Source of the DNA: a virus
Lineage: Duplodnaviria > Caudoviricetes
DNA: 64,000 nt
Direction: 5' to 3' (one strand)
IMG/VR virus record: IMGVR_UViG_3300030708_002673
Span: 1 to 64,000 of that record
In this document: positions 54,701-64,000 of the stretch, piece by piece
How the letters are laid out: every line of letters starts with the position of its first letter
How positions within the stretch are numbered: position 1 is the stretch's first letter
Program-made: the position numbers and the translations under genes
Notes under the pieces: generated by a model
Database searches by the model: none
Seen by the model: the letters and a program-made list of their open reading frames with translations, nothing else
What the model was told of the DNA's origin: nothing

Positions 54701-57312
54701 TTGTAGATGATCCTCTGGATGCTCAATCTTATGCTGTCCGTGATGACATTGGACATGTTGAGAGCAGCAATCCTGAGCACAGCATCACCAAGGAATCAAC
54801 TTATAAGTTGATTGATGACATGGGTATCGGTAAGAAAATTACCGATGCAACTGTCTCTGGTGCCACAGTAACACTGAATACTGAGGTTGACCATGGACTG
54901 AATGGCGTTCTTCAGTTTGGTTCTCTGCAAGGTGGTGCTGGTTTCGGTGTCAACACCAATGCTGGTGAGTATTACTTTGGTTGCCACTTTACTGGTGGTA
55001 GTGGTCAAGGTGCTACCGCTGATGTTGTTGTCAACGCTGCAGGCAATATCTCTGAAGTCACCCTGGTTGACCGTGGATCGGGTTATGCTGTTGGTGACAC
55101 CCTGACCCTTGCGGGTTGTCCTAAGTATGATCCAGGTGGTGCTAACTCCACCATCAGCGTCACTGAGATCAGCAACGTTGTCGGTGATATTGTCCAGGTT
55201 GTGGGCGTGGGTAGCACCGGTTTCAACGGTCTGCATCGCATCACCCAGGTCACTGATCCTAAGAACCTGCTTTACACCGCTGGTGGAGTCTCTGTAGCAT
55301 CTACAGGTGGTTTTATCTACCACGTTGGTGTTACCACTTCTATCACCAACATTGTTCACAATGCGACGACGAAGATCGCAACCGTGACAATGAACACGGA
55401 CATCGGTCTGAGACGTGGTGATCAGATTGTTATCAATGGTGCTAATACTGAATACAATGGCACCTGGTCCATTCAGGATCGTATTGGTTATGGATCATCA
55501 CTGAGTGTCCTGATTGATTCTGATACTGCTCCTACATTCTCTGGTGCTGGTGCATATGCACACGGTAACGGTATCAACTTCCGTGCCAATGGTCAAACTA
55601 TCCCCATCTATGATGGTGCAATCAGTGAGATCAGTGCAGGACTGAGCACCACTTCAACAAGCATCACACTGAAGAACCCCCACGCATTCAACCGTGGTGA
55701 CTTCCTTCAGATTGAGGATGAGATTGTTCGCATCACCAACGCACAGAAGGATCAGATTGCACGGGGTACCATGGGTACCAACGCTGCTTCCCACCTTCAG
55801 TACGTTGCTGCACAGCGTATCAAGGTTATTCCTGTTGAGCAACGTCGCCACTCAACTATCCGTGCCTCGGGTCACACGTTTGAATACGTGGGTTATGGAC
55901 CTGGTAACTACAGCACGGGCATGCCTCAGACACAAACCCGTGTCTTGGATGACAATCAGCAGTTGTTGGCACAGTCCATCAACACACGTGGTGGCACGGT
56001 TGTCTACTCTGGTATGAATGACCGGGGTGAGTTCTTCATCGGTCGTAAGAAGATTGATGCTCTGACTGGTGAAGAGATCAGCACCATCACCAAGTTTGAC
56101 TCAACCCCAGTCCTCAAGGTTCCTGTAACAGCAGACTTTGATGACCTGACTGTCAAGAACAACCTGTACAGTTTGGGTAACACTGAACTGATTGACCTGC
56201 AACTCAAGGGCAACCGTTCAGGTCCTGTTGGTGCCAGCGTCATCGTTGGTATCAATGGTAGTTCCACCAACGCAGTTCCTACCAGTTCAATTGACCAGAT
56301 TCTTCTCAATCTGTCATTTGATAAGGGTGGTTACATTGGTTATGTTAGAACTGGCGACAGTTCCCCGTGGAAGAAGTGGGGTCCGATTACGGTTGACGCC
56401 ACTGATCACTACGCCTTTGACAAACTTGCATTAGGCAACAACACTGGTACCACTGCTCACCGTGTGTTTGATGCAACTGGTGATGGTTACATCAGTGGTG
56501 GTCTGACTGTTGGTGCTGCATCCACGATTGCAAGTCTTGCGGTCAGTGATCTGACCAATCAGCGGATTGTGTTTGCTGGTGCTGGTGGAGAATTGCAGGA
56601 CAACGGAGTCCTCTACTTCTCTGGTTCTACGCTGTACTCCCACACTCAGGTGGCATCCAACACCATCACTGCTGGTGAGTTCATTGGACCTGGCACCATT
56701 CCTCTTGGTGGCATCATCATGTGGTCTGGTAGCAGTGTTCCCACTGGATGGTCACTGTGTAATGGTAGCAACGGTACACCTGACCTCAGAAACCGCTTTA
56801 TTGTTGGTTCTGGTGATAGTTACAACACTGGTGCCACGGGTGGTGATGACTCCTACAGTCTGACCCTGGGTCAACTGCCGAGTCACTTCCACAGTCAACC
56901 AACCCACACTCACCCTGCTGGAACTCTGAATGTGAATGGTGACACTGGCAACCAGAGCGCCAATCACAGTCACAACGCATCGCTGTCCGTCACTATCAAT
57001 AACAACACCACTGGTATTGAGATCAGAGGTGGTGGATCAAATGATGACGGTGGTAATGAAGTTCCTGGCGGTAACCATGGCAATAATCAACGGGTCAGCA
57101 ACGCGGTTGTGGATCCAGGTCACGGTCACACCGGTAGTGCATCAGGCACCACTGATAACAACAACGCCAACCACACTCACAACATCAGTCTCAGCGTTGC
57201 TGGTTCCACTGGAGACGGTGGTAACCAGAATACTGGAACGCTTGGTAACGGTGATGCGATTGACAACCGACCTCAATACTATGCACTCGCATATATCATG
57301 CGGACTACCTGA
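51712..57312 (+). CDS. Large virion structural/tail-fibre protein with C-terminal tail-collar domain
   Basis: MPLSRLENFLKN start, Ubi-activating-like GSGY.VGD beta repeats, IPLGGIIMWSG...GWSLCNG..GTPDLRNRFIVG, HxH motifs, PQYYALAYIMR end. Confidence 0.85.
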   Translation: MPLSRLENFLKNIQGNVIYVNPEELDATDDISNTGNSRTRPFKTIQRALIESARFSYQLGKNNDKFDKTTIVVSPGVHYVDNRPGYQINTSGTVTDVTGASQSIAELGVGANFNIQDSNNVLYHFNSANGGVIMPRGTSICGSDLRKTKIRPKYVPDPLNNSIPSTALFRVTGGCYFREFTLFDGDPADRIYKDYTTNVYAPTYSHHKLTCFEYADGVNKMDGKGLTDLDMYYAKLTLAYGNASGRAIPTYPTNDDFEQVVDESRIVGAISNVGAIRIQDIYSGVNSSDPTATTIVTVRTSETHGLTVATPINIKGVAGNSNVNGTEYDGVHVVSQVLSDTLFTYSVTTAPATTATPNLSGLSPTVTVESDTVTSASPYIFNCSLRSVFGINGLHADGSKATGFKSMVLAQFTGVSLNKDDNAFVKYNVTSGVYEDQAALGTSTILHTDGMARHKPDWQNFHIKASNNAQLQLVSVFAVGCGHHFINESGSDSSITNSNSNFGACALLCDGFKDDAFQKDDQGYITGILPTQKNFGKETTFNWLKLDVDDTAAAADTKLYLRDFKQRDDVPIVTASKYFVGNKVGDLLQLNINGQVTSAEIMMTVPNGTTAASGKKEFLVGRASGISSISSDILTLQCPGQTHNLFTGESVCFYADDGALPDGIDYNRKYYVIANPVANENDKIKIATSKDNALANVALTGINNAGGQLRVVSRVIDKEPGEPGHPIQYDATGWYVNVKTGNTLHDKVKVNQSSISPETPATFITRKIDDRQDIEAIYRLRYVLPDASAIAAPPQNGYVIQDSGTVIDDTNFQNENNVLSSDLDLRTETYITNASWNGNIGFITCRHPHRLHHGQLIQINRLRSENNVHGEANSGYNGLHYVSQIIDKKSFRIGINTDPGGITTISTGIPYTTHDNSVVGSGRTFSPYFVRKEYGNAYQIFNHEVVQEHKPGVQDGVYDLTMLGYHSTPDLAPFNIDRNRFPQNINYLKPVVDVDAVVDDPLDAQSYAVRDDIGHVESSNPEHSITKESTYKLIDDMGIGKKITDATVSGATVTLNTEVDHGLNGVLQFGSLQGGAGFGVNTNAGEYYFGCHFTGGSGQGATADVVVNAAGNISEVTLVDRGSGYAVGDTLTLAGCPKYDPGGANSTISVTEISNVVGDIVQVVGVGSTGFNGLHRITQVTDPKNLLYTAGGVSVASTGGFIYHVGVTTSITNIVHNATTKIATVTMNTDIGLRRGDQIVINGANTEYNGTWSIQDRIGYGSSLSVLIDSDTAPTFSGAGAYAHGNGINFRANGQTIPIYDGAISEISAGLSTTSTSITLKNPHAFNRGDFLQIEDEIVRITNAQKDQIARGTMGTNAASHLQYVAAQRIKVIPVEQRRHSTIRASGHTFEYVGYGPGNYSTGMPQTQTRVLDDNQQLLAQSINTRGGTVVYSGMNDRGEFFIGRKKIDALTGEEISTITKFDSTPVLKVPVTADFDDLTVKNNLYSLGNTELIDLQLKGNRSGPVGASVIVGINGSSTNAVPTSSIDQILLNLSFDKGGYIGYVRTGDSSPWKKWGPITVDATDHYAFDKLALGNNTGTTAHRVFDATGDGYISGGLTVGAASTIASLAVSDLTNQRIVFAGAGGELQDNGVLYFSGSTLYSHTQVASNTITAGEFIGPGTIPLGGIIMWSGSSVPTGWSLCNGSNGTPDLRNRFIVGSGDSYNTGATGGDDSYSLTLGQLPSHFHSQPTHTHPAGTLNVNGDTGNQSANHSHNASLSVTINNNTTGIEIRGGGSNDDGGNEVPGGNHGNNQRVSNAVVDPGHGHTGSASGTTDNNNANHTHNISLSVAGSTGDGGNQNTGTLGNGDAIDNRPQYYALAYIMRTT

Positions 57313-57318
57313 TAAATA
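57313..57318 (+). promoter_or_regulatory. Late promoter
   Basis: GATAAATA spanning the stop at 57312. Confidence 0.55.
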
Positions 57319-57344
57319 CACTTATAAAAGGAGTATTTTGGTAA

Positions 57345-59684
57345 ATGGCATCGGTAAATAAAAAGTTTGCTGTCGAAAAGGGTCTGGAAGTTGGCGACCA
57401 GGCTCTTGTCGTTGATGCCGACAATGAACGTACTGGTATTGGTAAAACAAATCCAGAGTACGGTCTTGATGTTGCAACTACGGCACGTTTTGACGGCATT
57501 GTTACTGCCGCTCAGGTAGGTATTGGTAGTACACAACCTGCTAAGGATGTTGACTTCAATGCGGACATGGCAGTCCGTAAGAAGTTATATGACATGAACG
57601 ACAGTGCCGGATCAGACCATAAGGTTCTGGTCTCTGTTGGTACTGGTGTTTCTTGGTCTAACTCCGCTGACATCACTGCTCTTGCAGATGGTCGTCCGGA
57701 TCAAGTACAATATAAGAAAGATGATGGCACCTTTGGTGGTGCTTCTCAATTTGTATATGACGATGGTAATGACCGCGTCGGTATAGGTATTACCACACCG
57801 TTCTATACCTTGGACGTTGATGGTACTGTCCGGCTTGACGGTGTATTCTATGACTCCAACTCTCAAGTTGGTGTTGCGAAATCTGTTCTTGCTGCTAGTG
57901 ATACTGGTCAACTCCAGTGGGTTGGTGCTGGTGCATCAACGCTGAACATCATCTATGTTGCAGAAGATGGTAATGATAACAATGATGGCAGGTCACTGAG
58001 TAGTGCTAAGAGATCCATCAAAGCAGCAACTGAAGTCTCCAGTGCTGGTGATGTGATCCGTGTTGCTGGTGGTGTTTACAGTGAGCAGAACCCCATCACT
58101 GTGCCACGTAACGTGTCCATTGATGGTGATGACCTGAGAAACACCCAGGTTATCCCAGCAAACGTTGGACAAGATCTGTTCAAGGTTCACAATGGTGTTC
58201 TGATTCAGAACATGTCCTTTGTTGGTGCTGCCAACACTGGTGCAATGATTACATTCCCTCCTGAGGGTGTGGTCAACCGTCACCGTTTCTCTAGTGCCAA
58301 CGCTAATTCATTCAAGATTGGACCTAACTGGCACACTGGTGTGTCCACCACACCTACGTTCATCAACTACGATCCCATCAGTGGTGTTACCACTGCCACG
58401 ATTGTGGGTCATGGTCTGACACTTGCTGACAGTATTGGTATTGTCACTGGTGGTTTTGCAATGACCTGTGACAGTGATGATCATGCCACTCTGCACTCAT
58501 ACCCACGGGCAACTGATCCCCTTGCTGGTATCTTCACTGGCATTACATCATTCACTGCTGACACCATTACTTTCCAGGCAGGTGATGCTGGAAGTGGTGC
58601 ACGAATCACTGGTATCATCACCCAGTCCCCATATGTAAGGAACTGCACGAACTTTGTTCCTGACAGTATTGGCATGAGGATCAATGGTAACCACGCTGGT
58701 GGTACCAAGTCCATGGTGGTTGACTCCTACACCCAGTACAATCAGGGTGGTATTGGTGTCACAATCTCCAACGATGGTTATGCACAGTTGGTGTCTATCT
58801 TCACGGTGTGTGATGAGTACGCCATCTCCTGTGTGTCAGGTGGTCAGTGTGACCTGAACAACTCTAACGCCTCGTTCGGTACCTTTGGTATCGTGGCATC
58901 CGGCGTTGGTACTGTCACAGACACTGGTTCACTGGCAGTGGAGGCAGTTGAAGAAGACAATACTGTTGTTATCAGTGGTCTTACCCAACGTCCTTACTCT
59001 GGTCAGGTCTTCTACCTTGGAGAACTGTTCAATGAAGTTATCAGGGTCAATGTAACCAACGCAGGTAGTGGTTACACCAGTTCCAACCCACCAACAGTCA
59101 CCATCGGTGCTCCGTCTGGTCCTAATGGTGCTAGTGCTGAAGGAACAGCAGTTGTGAACGGGTACGGACAAGTCACTGCTGTCAACCTGTTTGCAACTGG
59201 CACGCAGTATCGCAGTGCTCCTTCCGTCACTATTGCTGGTGGTAGTGGTACTACAGCGACAGCAACTGCTGAGATTGGACCTACTTACTACACTATAAAT
59301 ACTGCTACGCCGGTTACCGCAGGCGTTTCGACCGTTACTATTGACCAAACACTACCTGCAAATGTTGGTGTTGGTTCAGCGATCCCCCTCCAGCGACAAT
59401 CTCTGATTCTTGCATCCTCATATACATTTGAATTTGTTGGTGCTGGTCTCACGATTGCTAACGCATTGCCCCGTAAAGGTGGCGTTACTATTCCTGAGAA
59501 TGAAACTGTATCTGAGGGTGGTGGTCGAGTTGTTTATACCTCCACAGATGAGAGAGGTAACTTGAAAGTTGGTGATGGGTTTACTATCAACCAGCAAACA
59601 GGCACCATCACAGGTGACGCTTTCAATAAGAGCATCCAAGCAACCCTTACACCACTAATCATTGCACTCGGAGGTAATGTCTAA
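57345..59684 (+). CDS. Virion structural protein (fibre-like N-terminus, pectin-lyase-like middle)
   Basis: (T/V)GIG(K/S/I)T repeats, YVAEDGND.NDG, I.VAGG.Y.E.NPI.VP, SPYVRNCT. Confidence 0.75.
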   Translation: MASVNKKFAVEKGLEVGDQALVVDADNERTGIGKTNPEYGLDVATTARFDGIVTAAQVGIGSTQPAKDVDFNADMAVRKKLYDMNDSAGSDHKVLVSVGTGVSWSNSADITALADGRPDQVQYKKDDGTFGGASQFVYDDGNDRVGIGITTPFYTLDVDGTVRLDGVFYDSNSQVGVAKSVLAASDTGQLQWVGAGASTLNIIYVAEDGNDNNDGRSLSSAKRSIKAATEVSSAGDVIRVAGGVYSEQNPITVPRNVSIDGDDLRNTQVIPANVGQDLFKVHNGVLIQNMSFVGAANTGAMITFPPEGVVNRHRFSSANANSFKIGPNWHTGVSTTPTFINYDPISGVTTATIVGHGLTLADSIGIVTGGFAMTCDSDDHATLHSYPRATDPLAGIFTGITSFTADTITFQAGDAGSGARITGIITQSPYVRNCTNFVPDSIGMRINGNHAGGTKSMVVDSYTQYNQGGIGVTISNDGYAQLVSIFTVCDEYAISCVSGGQCDLNNSNASFGTFGIVASGVGTVTDTGSLAVEAVEEDNTVVISGLTQRPYSGQVFYLGELFNEVIRVNVTNAGSGYTSSNPPTVTIGAPSGPNGASAEGTAVVNGYGQVTAVNLFATGTQYRSAPSVTIAGGSGTTATATAEIGPTYYTINTATPVTAGVSTVTIDQTLPANVGVGSAIPLQRQSLILASSYTFEFVGAGLTIANALPRKGGVTIPENETVSEGGGRVVYTSTDERGNLKVGDGFTINQQTGTITGDAFNKSIQATLTPLIIALGGNV

Positions 59685-60022
59685 TGGCTGCAATCCCACT
59701 CAATAAATTTAGAACCATCACGCATGTAGTCACTGATGCTGCTGTTGGTATCTACACATGCCCTCCAGGTGTGGCATCGCTGCTGATTTACGGCAACGTA
59801 TCTAATGTGGGACAGGGATCCTCTGTGACTACATTTACTGTTGCTCATAAGCGTGGTTCGGTAGACACTGAAGTTGTACGCGACGCACGCATCCCCCATC
59901 AAGATGCTATGTCATTCCTTGATGGTCGTCTGGCACTGGAGACCGGTGACATTCTTACTATCAAAGGTAATGAAAACGATACCATGAAGTGCATTATTTC
60001 TGTTCTCGAAAACGCTAAGTAA
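59684..60022 (+). CDS. Small virion-associated protein
   Basis: 112-aa beta-rich ORF coupled between fibre genes. Confidence 0.65.
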   Translation: MAAIPLNKFRTITHVVTDAAVGIYTCPPGVASLLIYGNVSNVGQGSSVTTFTVAHKRGSVDTEVVRDARIPHQDAMSFLDGRLALETGDILTIKGNENDTMKCIISVLENAK

Positions 60023-60024
60023 AA

Positions 60025-61890
60025 ATGAGACTGCTCTCCGGGCGTGTAGGCGTTACATCCTACTCAGGTCTATCCACTGAACGTAAACAAACTGACGGTT
60101 TCCCCAGTTTCCTTGGAATGGAGGAGGTGGAACCAAATCTTGGTCTGCCCGGAAATAATAACTATGTGTTGTATGGCAGCACTGATGGTACGAGATATTG
60201 GGGAGCACCATCTGGTGCACCATCCGGTAGCGTTGATGGTATTGATGTTCAGAAAGATGGTGTAACTCCAGTTGGTTTTGGTGGTTCTACCACTATTATC
60301 AACTTTACTGGTAATGGTGTAGATTTCTCTGCCACCAAGCAAGACAATGGTGGTGTTGAGGTTGGTGTTGCCACCCTCACAATCAACCGGTCTGCTAACG
60401 ACTTCCAAGACGCTAACGAGTTTACTCGGGTCACTGGGGTTACCACGTTCCGTGTGGGAACTGGTCTCTCATTCACAGAGATTGCTGGTAAAACTGGTAT
60501 TGTTTCTATCTTTGCGACTGGTGCAATCATCGCCGTCCAGAATGGTGATGGCAGCAGTGCTGTTGAGAACGTAAGTTTTGTCCGTGTGGGCAAAGGTCTC
60601 ACAGCATCTCAGGTCTCTGTTGGTATTGCAACCATTGATGTATCAGGTGACTTTGATAACATCCGTGCCGCCGGTATTATTACTGCTGACCAATACTACA
60701 GTGGTAACGTAGTTGGAACAGCACTGACTGCATCCATCTTCGATGGTGGTATCTTCAATGGCAACCTGCTGGGTAATGTAACTGGTAACCTGCTTGGTAT
60801 CACCACAGGTACCCACAATGGTGATGTTCTTGGAAATATTGTTGGTGACCTGAACTCTACTGGTGTTTCTACCATCAGTTATCTTCAGAGTGTCAACGTC
60901 AACGCTTCTGGTATTGTCACTGCCACCAACTTTGATGGTGATCTCGCAGGTGCAGTCACTGGTAGTTTGACTGGTAATGTAACCGGTAATGTAACCGGCA
61001 ACCTGACTGGTAATGTAATTGGTAACGTCACCAGCAGTGGTAGTAACTCATTCAATCAGGTAACAGTAAGTGGCGTTACAACTTCTACTGGCGGTTTTGT
61101 TGGTGATGTTACTGGCGATGTAACTGGTAATGTCGTCGGTGATCTGAACGGCAACATCAACGCCACCACTGGCATCAACACTATCACCAACCACCTGAAG
61201 ATCCTGGTTGATGATGGATCTCCTGCACGTATTGACTACTACTGCGAGACTTCCAACATCCACTACACTCGGGTGAAGTCTGCACCCCACAGTGAGTACA
61301 GTGGCAATGTAGAACTGACTCTGGGAACCAAGAGCGGTGACTTCATCATTGGTGACACTGTTGGTGCTATCACTCAGAACATCCACACCACTGGTATTGT
61401 CACTGCATCACACTTCCATGGTAATGGTGCAAACCTGACTGACATTGTTGCTGGTAACAGCACACTGACTGCAACTAACACCACAAATGCTAATCACTAC
61501 CTGATTTTCGCTGCTGGTGCGACTGGTACTGAACCGTTCCGGACTGACGTTGACCTCAACTACAACCCTGCAACCAACACTCTGACTGCTGTCAAGTTTG
61601 CTGGTAATGCAACTGGTCTGGTTGATGATCCATCCATCTCAGTGTCCGGCATCACACTGAAGGGCAACATGATTGCCGATGCTGATGCTACACGTAACCT
61701 GGGTGCTTCTGGCACACGCTGGGCAAACGTTTACACCGCTGACATGCACTTCAGCAATGTGGGCACAGGTGGCAACGATGTTGATGGCACTGAAGGTAAC
61801 TGGACACTTCAGGAAGGTGAGAACGACATCTTCATGATCAACAATAAAACTGGAAAACGATTCAAGATTGCACTAACCCCTGTGGATTGA
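60025..61890 (+). CDS. Tail fibre protein
   Basis: G(N/D)(V/L)T tetrapeptide repeats; C-terminal NLGASGTRWANVYT...EGNWTLQEGEND. Confidence 0.8.
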   Translation: MRLLSGRVGVTSYSGLSTERKQTDGFPSFLGMEEVEPNLGLPGNNNYVLYGSTDGTRYWGAPSGAPSGSVDGIDVQKDGVTPVGFGGSTTIINFTGNGVDFSATKQDNGGVEVGVATLTINRSANDFQDANEFTRVTGVTTFRVGTGLSFTEIAGKTGIVSIFATGAIIAVQNGDGSSAVENVSFVRVGKGLTASQVSVGIATIDVSGDFDNIRAAGIITADQYYSGNVVGTALTASIFDGGIFNGNLLGNVTGNLLGITTGTHNGDVLGNIVGDLNSTGVSTISYLQSVNVNASGIVTATNFDGDLAGAVTGSLTGNVTGNVTGNLTGNVIGNVTSSGSNSFNQVTVSGVTTSTGGFVGDVTGDVTGNVVGDLNGNINATTGINTITNHLKILVDDGSPARIDYYCETSNIHYTRVKSAPHSEYSGNVELTLGTKSGDFIIGDTVGAITQNIHTTGIVTASHFHGNGANLTDIVAGNSTLTATNTTNANHYLIFAAGATGTEPFRTDVDLNYNPATNTLTAVKFAGNATGLVDDPSISVSGITLKGNMIADADATRNLGASGTRWANVYTADMHFSNVGTGGNDVDGTEGNWTLQEGENDIFMINNKTGKRFKIALTPVD

Positions 61891-61891
61891 C

Positions 61892-62704
61892 ATGATCAAA
61901 TTTTATGATGATCTGATTGACGATACTTTAGCGGACGAGATCCATAATTATTGTCAGGGTATATCTTGGTATCACAAGTGGTATGGTCTCGACATGGAGA
62001 CCAACCACTGTACTAGGAAGTTGAATGAATATATTCCTAATGAGGATGGTAATGACGTTCGGCGTCACATCCTGTCGCAGGAGGCAGGATTGTTTGGGAT
62101 GATGCAACTCTTGCAGTTCTCATCATACAGGCACCCATTTGGGTGGAATACAGAATCATTGAAAGAACGTAATGATTTGATCTGGTCACTGTGGACTAAG
62201 ATCAATCACCAAGTATTTGATGGTAAGGCAACGCTAGATGGCATTGGTGATTTTGTTGATGGATTGAGAGTGGGTAACCACTTCTTCAAAGATCAAACAG
62301 ATTTCTTTGACAAGTATCATGCTCCTCGCGACATAGAGCATTGGACCTCATACTTCAGTGCCAGGGCATGTGAACCCATTGGGTTGGTAAGAGAAAAGAA
62401 GCAGTACAAGATGATCCATAAGGATACTCGCCCAGAATTTGAGGGTGAGTATTATACAGTATTATATGTGGTGAATAGGAAGTGGAAACCCACTTGGGGT
62501 GGTGAGATTATTTTCTATGGTGATGAATATACTGGTGGCAAACACCGTAAATATAAGTACGATATTGGGTATCCAACACATATCATAGGAAATAAACCCG
62601 GTAGGGTCTTCGTATATCATCATAATGATATACATAAAGCAACGCCCCCTAGTTCTGAAGCAAATGAGATGACTCAGCGCATAGGATTTAGAGTAAAACT
62701 GTAA
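61892..62704 (+). CDS. 2OG-Fe(II) oxygenase
   Basis: IHKD, YTVLYV.N..W...WGGE, GR.F.Y.....HKA, TQRIGFR. Confidence 0.8.
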   Translation: MIKFYDDLIDDTLADEIHNYCQGISWYHKWYGLDMETNHCTRKLNEYIPNEDGNDVRRHILSQEAGLFGMMQLLQFSSYRHPFGWNTESLKERNDLIWSLWTKINHQVFDGKATLDGIGDFVDGLRVGNHFFKDQTDFFDKYHAPRDIEHWTSYFSARACEPIGLVREKKQYKMIHKDTRPEFEGEYYTVLYVVNRKWKPTWGGEIIFYGDEYTGGKHRKYKYDIGYPTHIIGNKPGRVFVYHHNDIHKATPPSSEANEMTQRIGFRVKL

Positions 62705-62762
62705 TAACGGGACACCGCACAACTCCCAATAGTAGTGCCAACTGAATACCCCTTGTAGTAGG

Positions 62763-63584
62763 ATGGTTACTGTTCACGACGGTCTCATCACAGATTCTCT
62801 GTCTAAATCTGTGTACGATTATTGTCAGACAATCTCCTGGTATCAGGAGTGGCTTGGGTTCAAGCATCTGCTCAATGATCCTAAAAAATCTTTTCAAGAG
62901 TACATTCCAGCAACAGATGGCAAGACATCTAGTCGCCATTTTTTAGATAAAGACTTAGGACCAATGGGAGTCCTAGGTCTTATGGAGTTTTCAATGTATC
63001 GGCATCCATTTGGAAGAAATGCCGAGGATTTGAAAGAACATCCTCCCATTGAAGAACTCTGGAATACTATCAATCACAAAGTATTTGACGGCAAAGCATC
63101 TCCGGATGGTATCCGAGAGAACTGTGCTGGATTATCTGGTAATAGAAAGGGATACAAGGATAGGAAAACTTTCTATGAGAAGTATGGGTTTGAGATGGAT
63201 AATGGGTTCACTGTCATGCTCAATGCAAGGTGTGCTGATCCCATAGAGTCGCGTCCAATTGGTCTTCGCAATGGGCAACTACATAAAGACACAGATCCAA
63301 ATATTGGTCCCGACGATAACAGTTGGTTCACTGTATTATACATTGCTAACAGGGAATGGCAACCTGATTGGGGTGGCGATTTTTACTATTACAGTAATGA
63401 AAATACAGGTGCTAAACACTGGAAACATGGGTATGATATTGGGTGGGCAAGCGACATTGTGAGCAACGTACCAGGGAGGATAATTGTATATCCTCATACC
63501 CAGATACATAGGACAGCAGCTCCAAATGCTGGGGCACCTGAGATGACACAGCGAATTGCGTTCAGAGTCCGAGTAACTAAATAA
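62763..63584 (+). CDS. 2OG-Fe(II) oxygenase (paralog of 61892-62704)
   Basis: LHKD, FTVLYI.N..W...WGGD, GRII.Y.....HRT, TQRIAFR. Confidence 0.8.
   Translation: MVTVHDGLITDSLSKSVYDYCQTISWYQEWLGFKHLLNDPKKSFQEYIPATDGKTSSRHFLDKDLGPMGVLGLMEFSMYRHPFGRNAEDLKEHPPIEELWNTINHKVFDGKASPDGIRENCAGLSGNRKGYKDRKTFYEKYGFEMDNGFTVMLNARCADPIESRPIGLRNGQLHKDTDPNIGPDDNSWFTVLYIANREWQPDWGGDFYYYSNENTGAKHWKHGYDIGWASDIVSNVPGRIIVYPHTQIHRTAAPNAGAPEMTQRIAFRVRVTK
63578..63583 (+). promoter_or_regulatory. Late promoter
   Basis: CTAAATA overlapping the oxygenase stop. Confidence 0.6.
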
Positions 63585-63616
63585 TACCAGCACCTAACCT
63601 GTACTAATAATACGCC

Positions 63617-64000
63617 ATGTCAAGAGCCAGGGAACTAGCTAAGGTAGGTGGAAAGAATCAACAAGTTATTGCTGGTCTTTCTTCCCACGTTGGCGTCTCC
63701 ACTTTCGCAGCAGACGTGTTTATGTACAGTAACCTAGAGGTTACTGGCACAACCACTTTCAATGGAGGCACCCTGACCCTCGGGGATGCTGCATCTGATA
63801 ATGTTGTATTTGGCGCAGATGTGAATTCTCACATCATTCCGAATTCGGATGATACTTATGATCTGGGTTCAGCTTCACAACAGTGGCGGAACTTGCATCT
63901 TGATGGAGTAGCAAATATTGATACTCTGAATGTTGAAGGTACTGCAACTTTTAGTACCGCACTTGCTAATAGTAACTTACAGAACAGCAGCATCAGTCTC
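63617..64000 (+). CDS. Tail fibre protein, N-terminal part (runs off the window)
   Basis: My translation MSRARELAK...TLGDAASDNVVFGADVNSHIIPNSDDTYDLGSASQQWRNL; open to the last base; not in the ORF track. Confidence 0.8.
   Translation, partial: MSRARELAKVGGKNQQVIAGLSSHVGVSTFAADVFMYSNLEVTGTTTFNGGTLTLGDAASDNVVFGADVNSHIIPNSDDTYDLGSASQQWRNLHLDGVANIDTLNVEGTATFSTALANSNLQNSSISL

Noticed and set aside
62705-62762. Possible structured RNA between the oxygenase paralogs
   Set aside because: Only 3-4 bp stems (GGGA/TCCC, CCC/GGG); insufficient support
4468-63584. TET/JBP-type DNA-modifying role for the 2OG-Fe(II) oxygenases
   Set aside because: Motifs resemble prolyl-hydroxylase, TIGR02466 and AspH types; the abundance of such genes in cyanomyophages is already well known
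1-64000. tRNA, rRNA, CRISPR arrays, integrase or IS elements
   Set aside because: Intergenic gaps are few and short, and none showed a cloverleaf, repeat-spacer periodicity or a recombinase/transposase motif on manual reading

Overview
This window is part of the genome of a T4-like cyanobacterial myovirus (cyanomyophage). The assignment rests on psbA, psbD, petE, petF, phoH, thyX, T4 core genes 32/33/59/53/48/2/4/26/51/5 and TAAATA late promoters. Layout: (1) 1-17233 is a gap-free run of 19 overlapping glycan-synthesis genes, with two sugar epimerases, an RfbH/DdhC-type 3-dehydrase, GT2/7/10/11/17/25/47-like transferases and six tandem DUF616-like domains. (2) 17221-24558 holds photosynthesis and redox genes plus an amidinotransferase. 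(3) 24673-37920 is a replication/auxiliary region with three radical SAM enzymes, a split carbamoyltransferase and several 2OG-Fe(II) oxygenases. (4) 37906-64000 is the baseplate/tail module. The most striking element is absent from the ORF track: a self-contained unit at 26453-26975. It consists of a perfect NtcA palindrome over the -35 box of a sigma70 promoter, a doubled glutamine-riboswitch aptamer whose loop contains a complete 53-codon ORF, a DUF4278-like small gene and a terminator. This looks like a phage-borne nitrogen-sensing circuit with the logic of host gifB. Other oddities are a synonymously recoded central patch in psbA, a candidate late sRNA after psbD, a dispersed A-tract repeat at gene junctions, and a CP12-like gene inside the baseplate operon. 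All family assignments come from motif recognition by eye; no database search was run.
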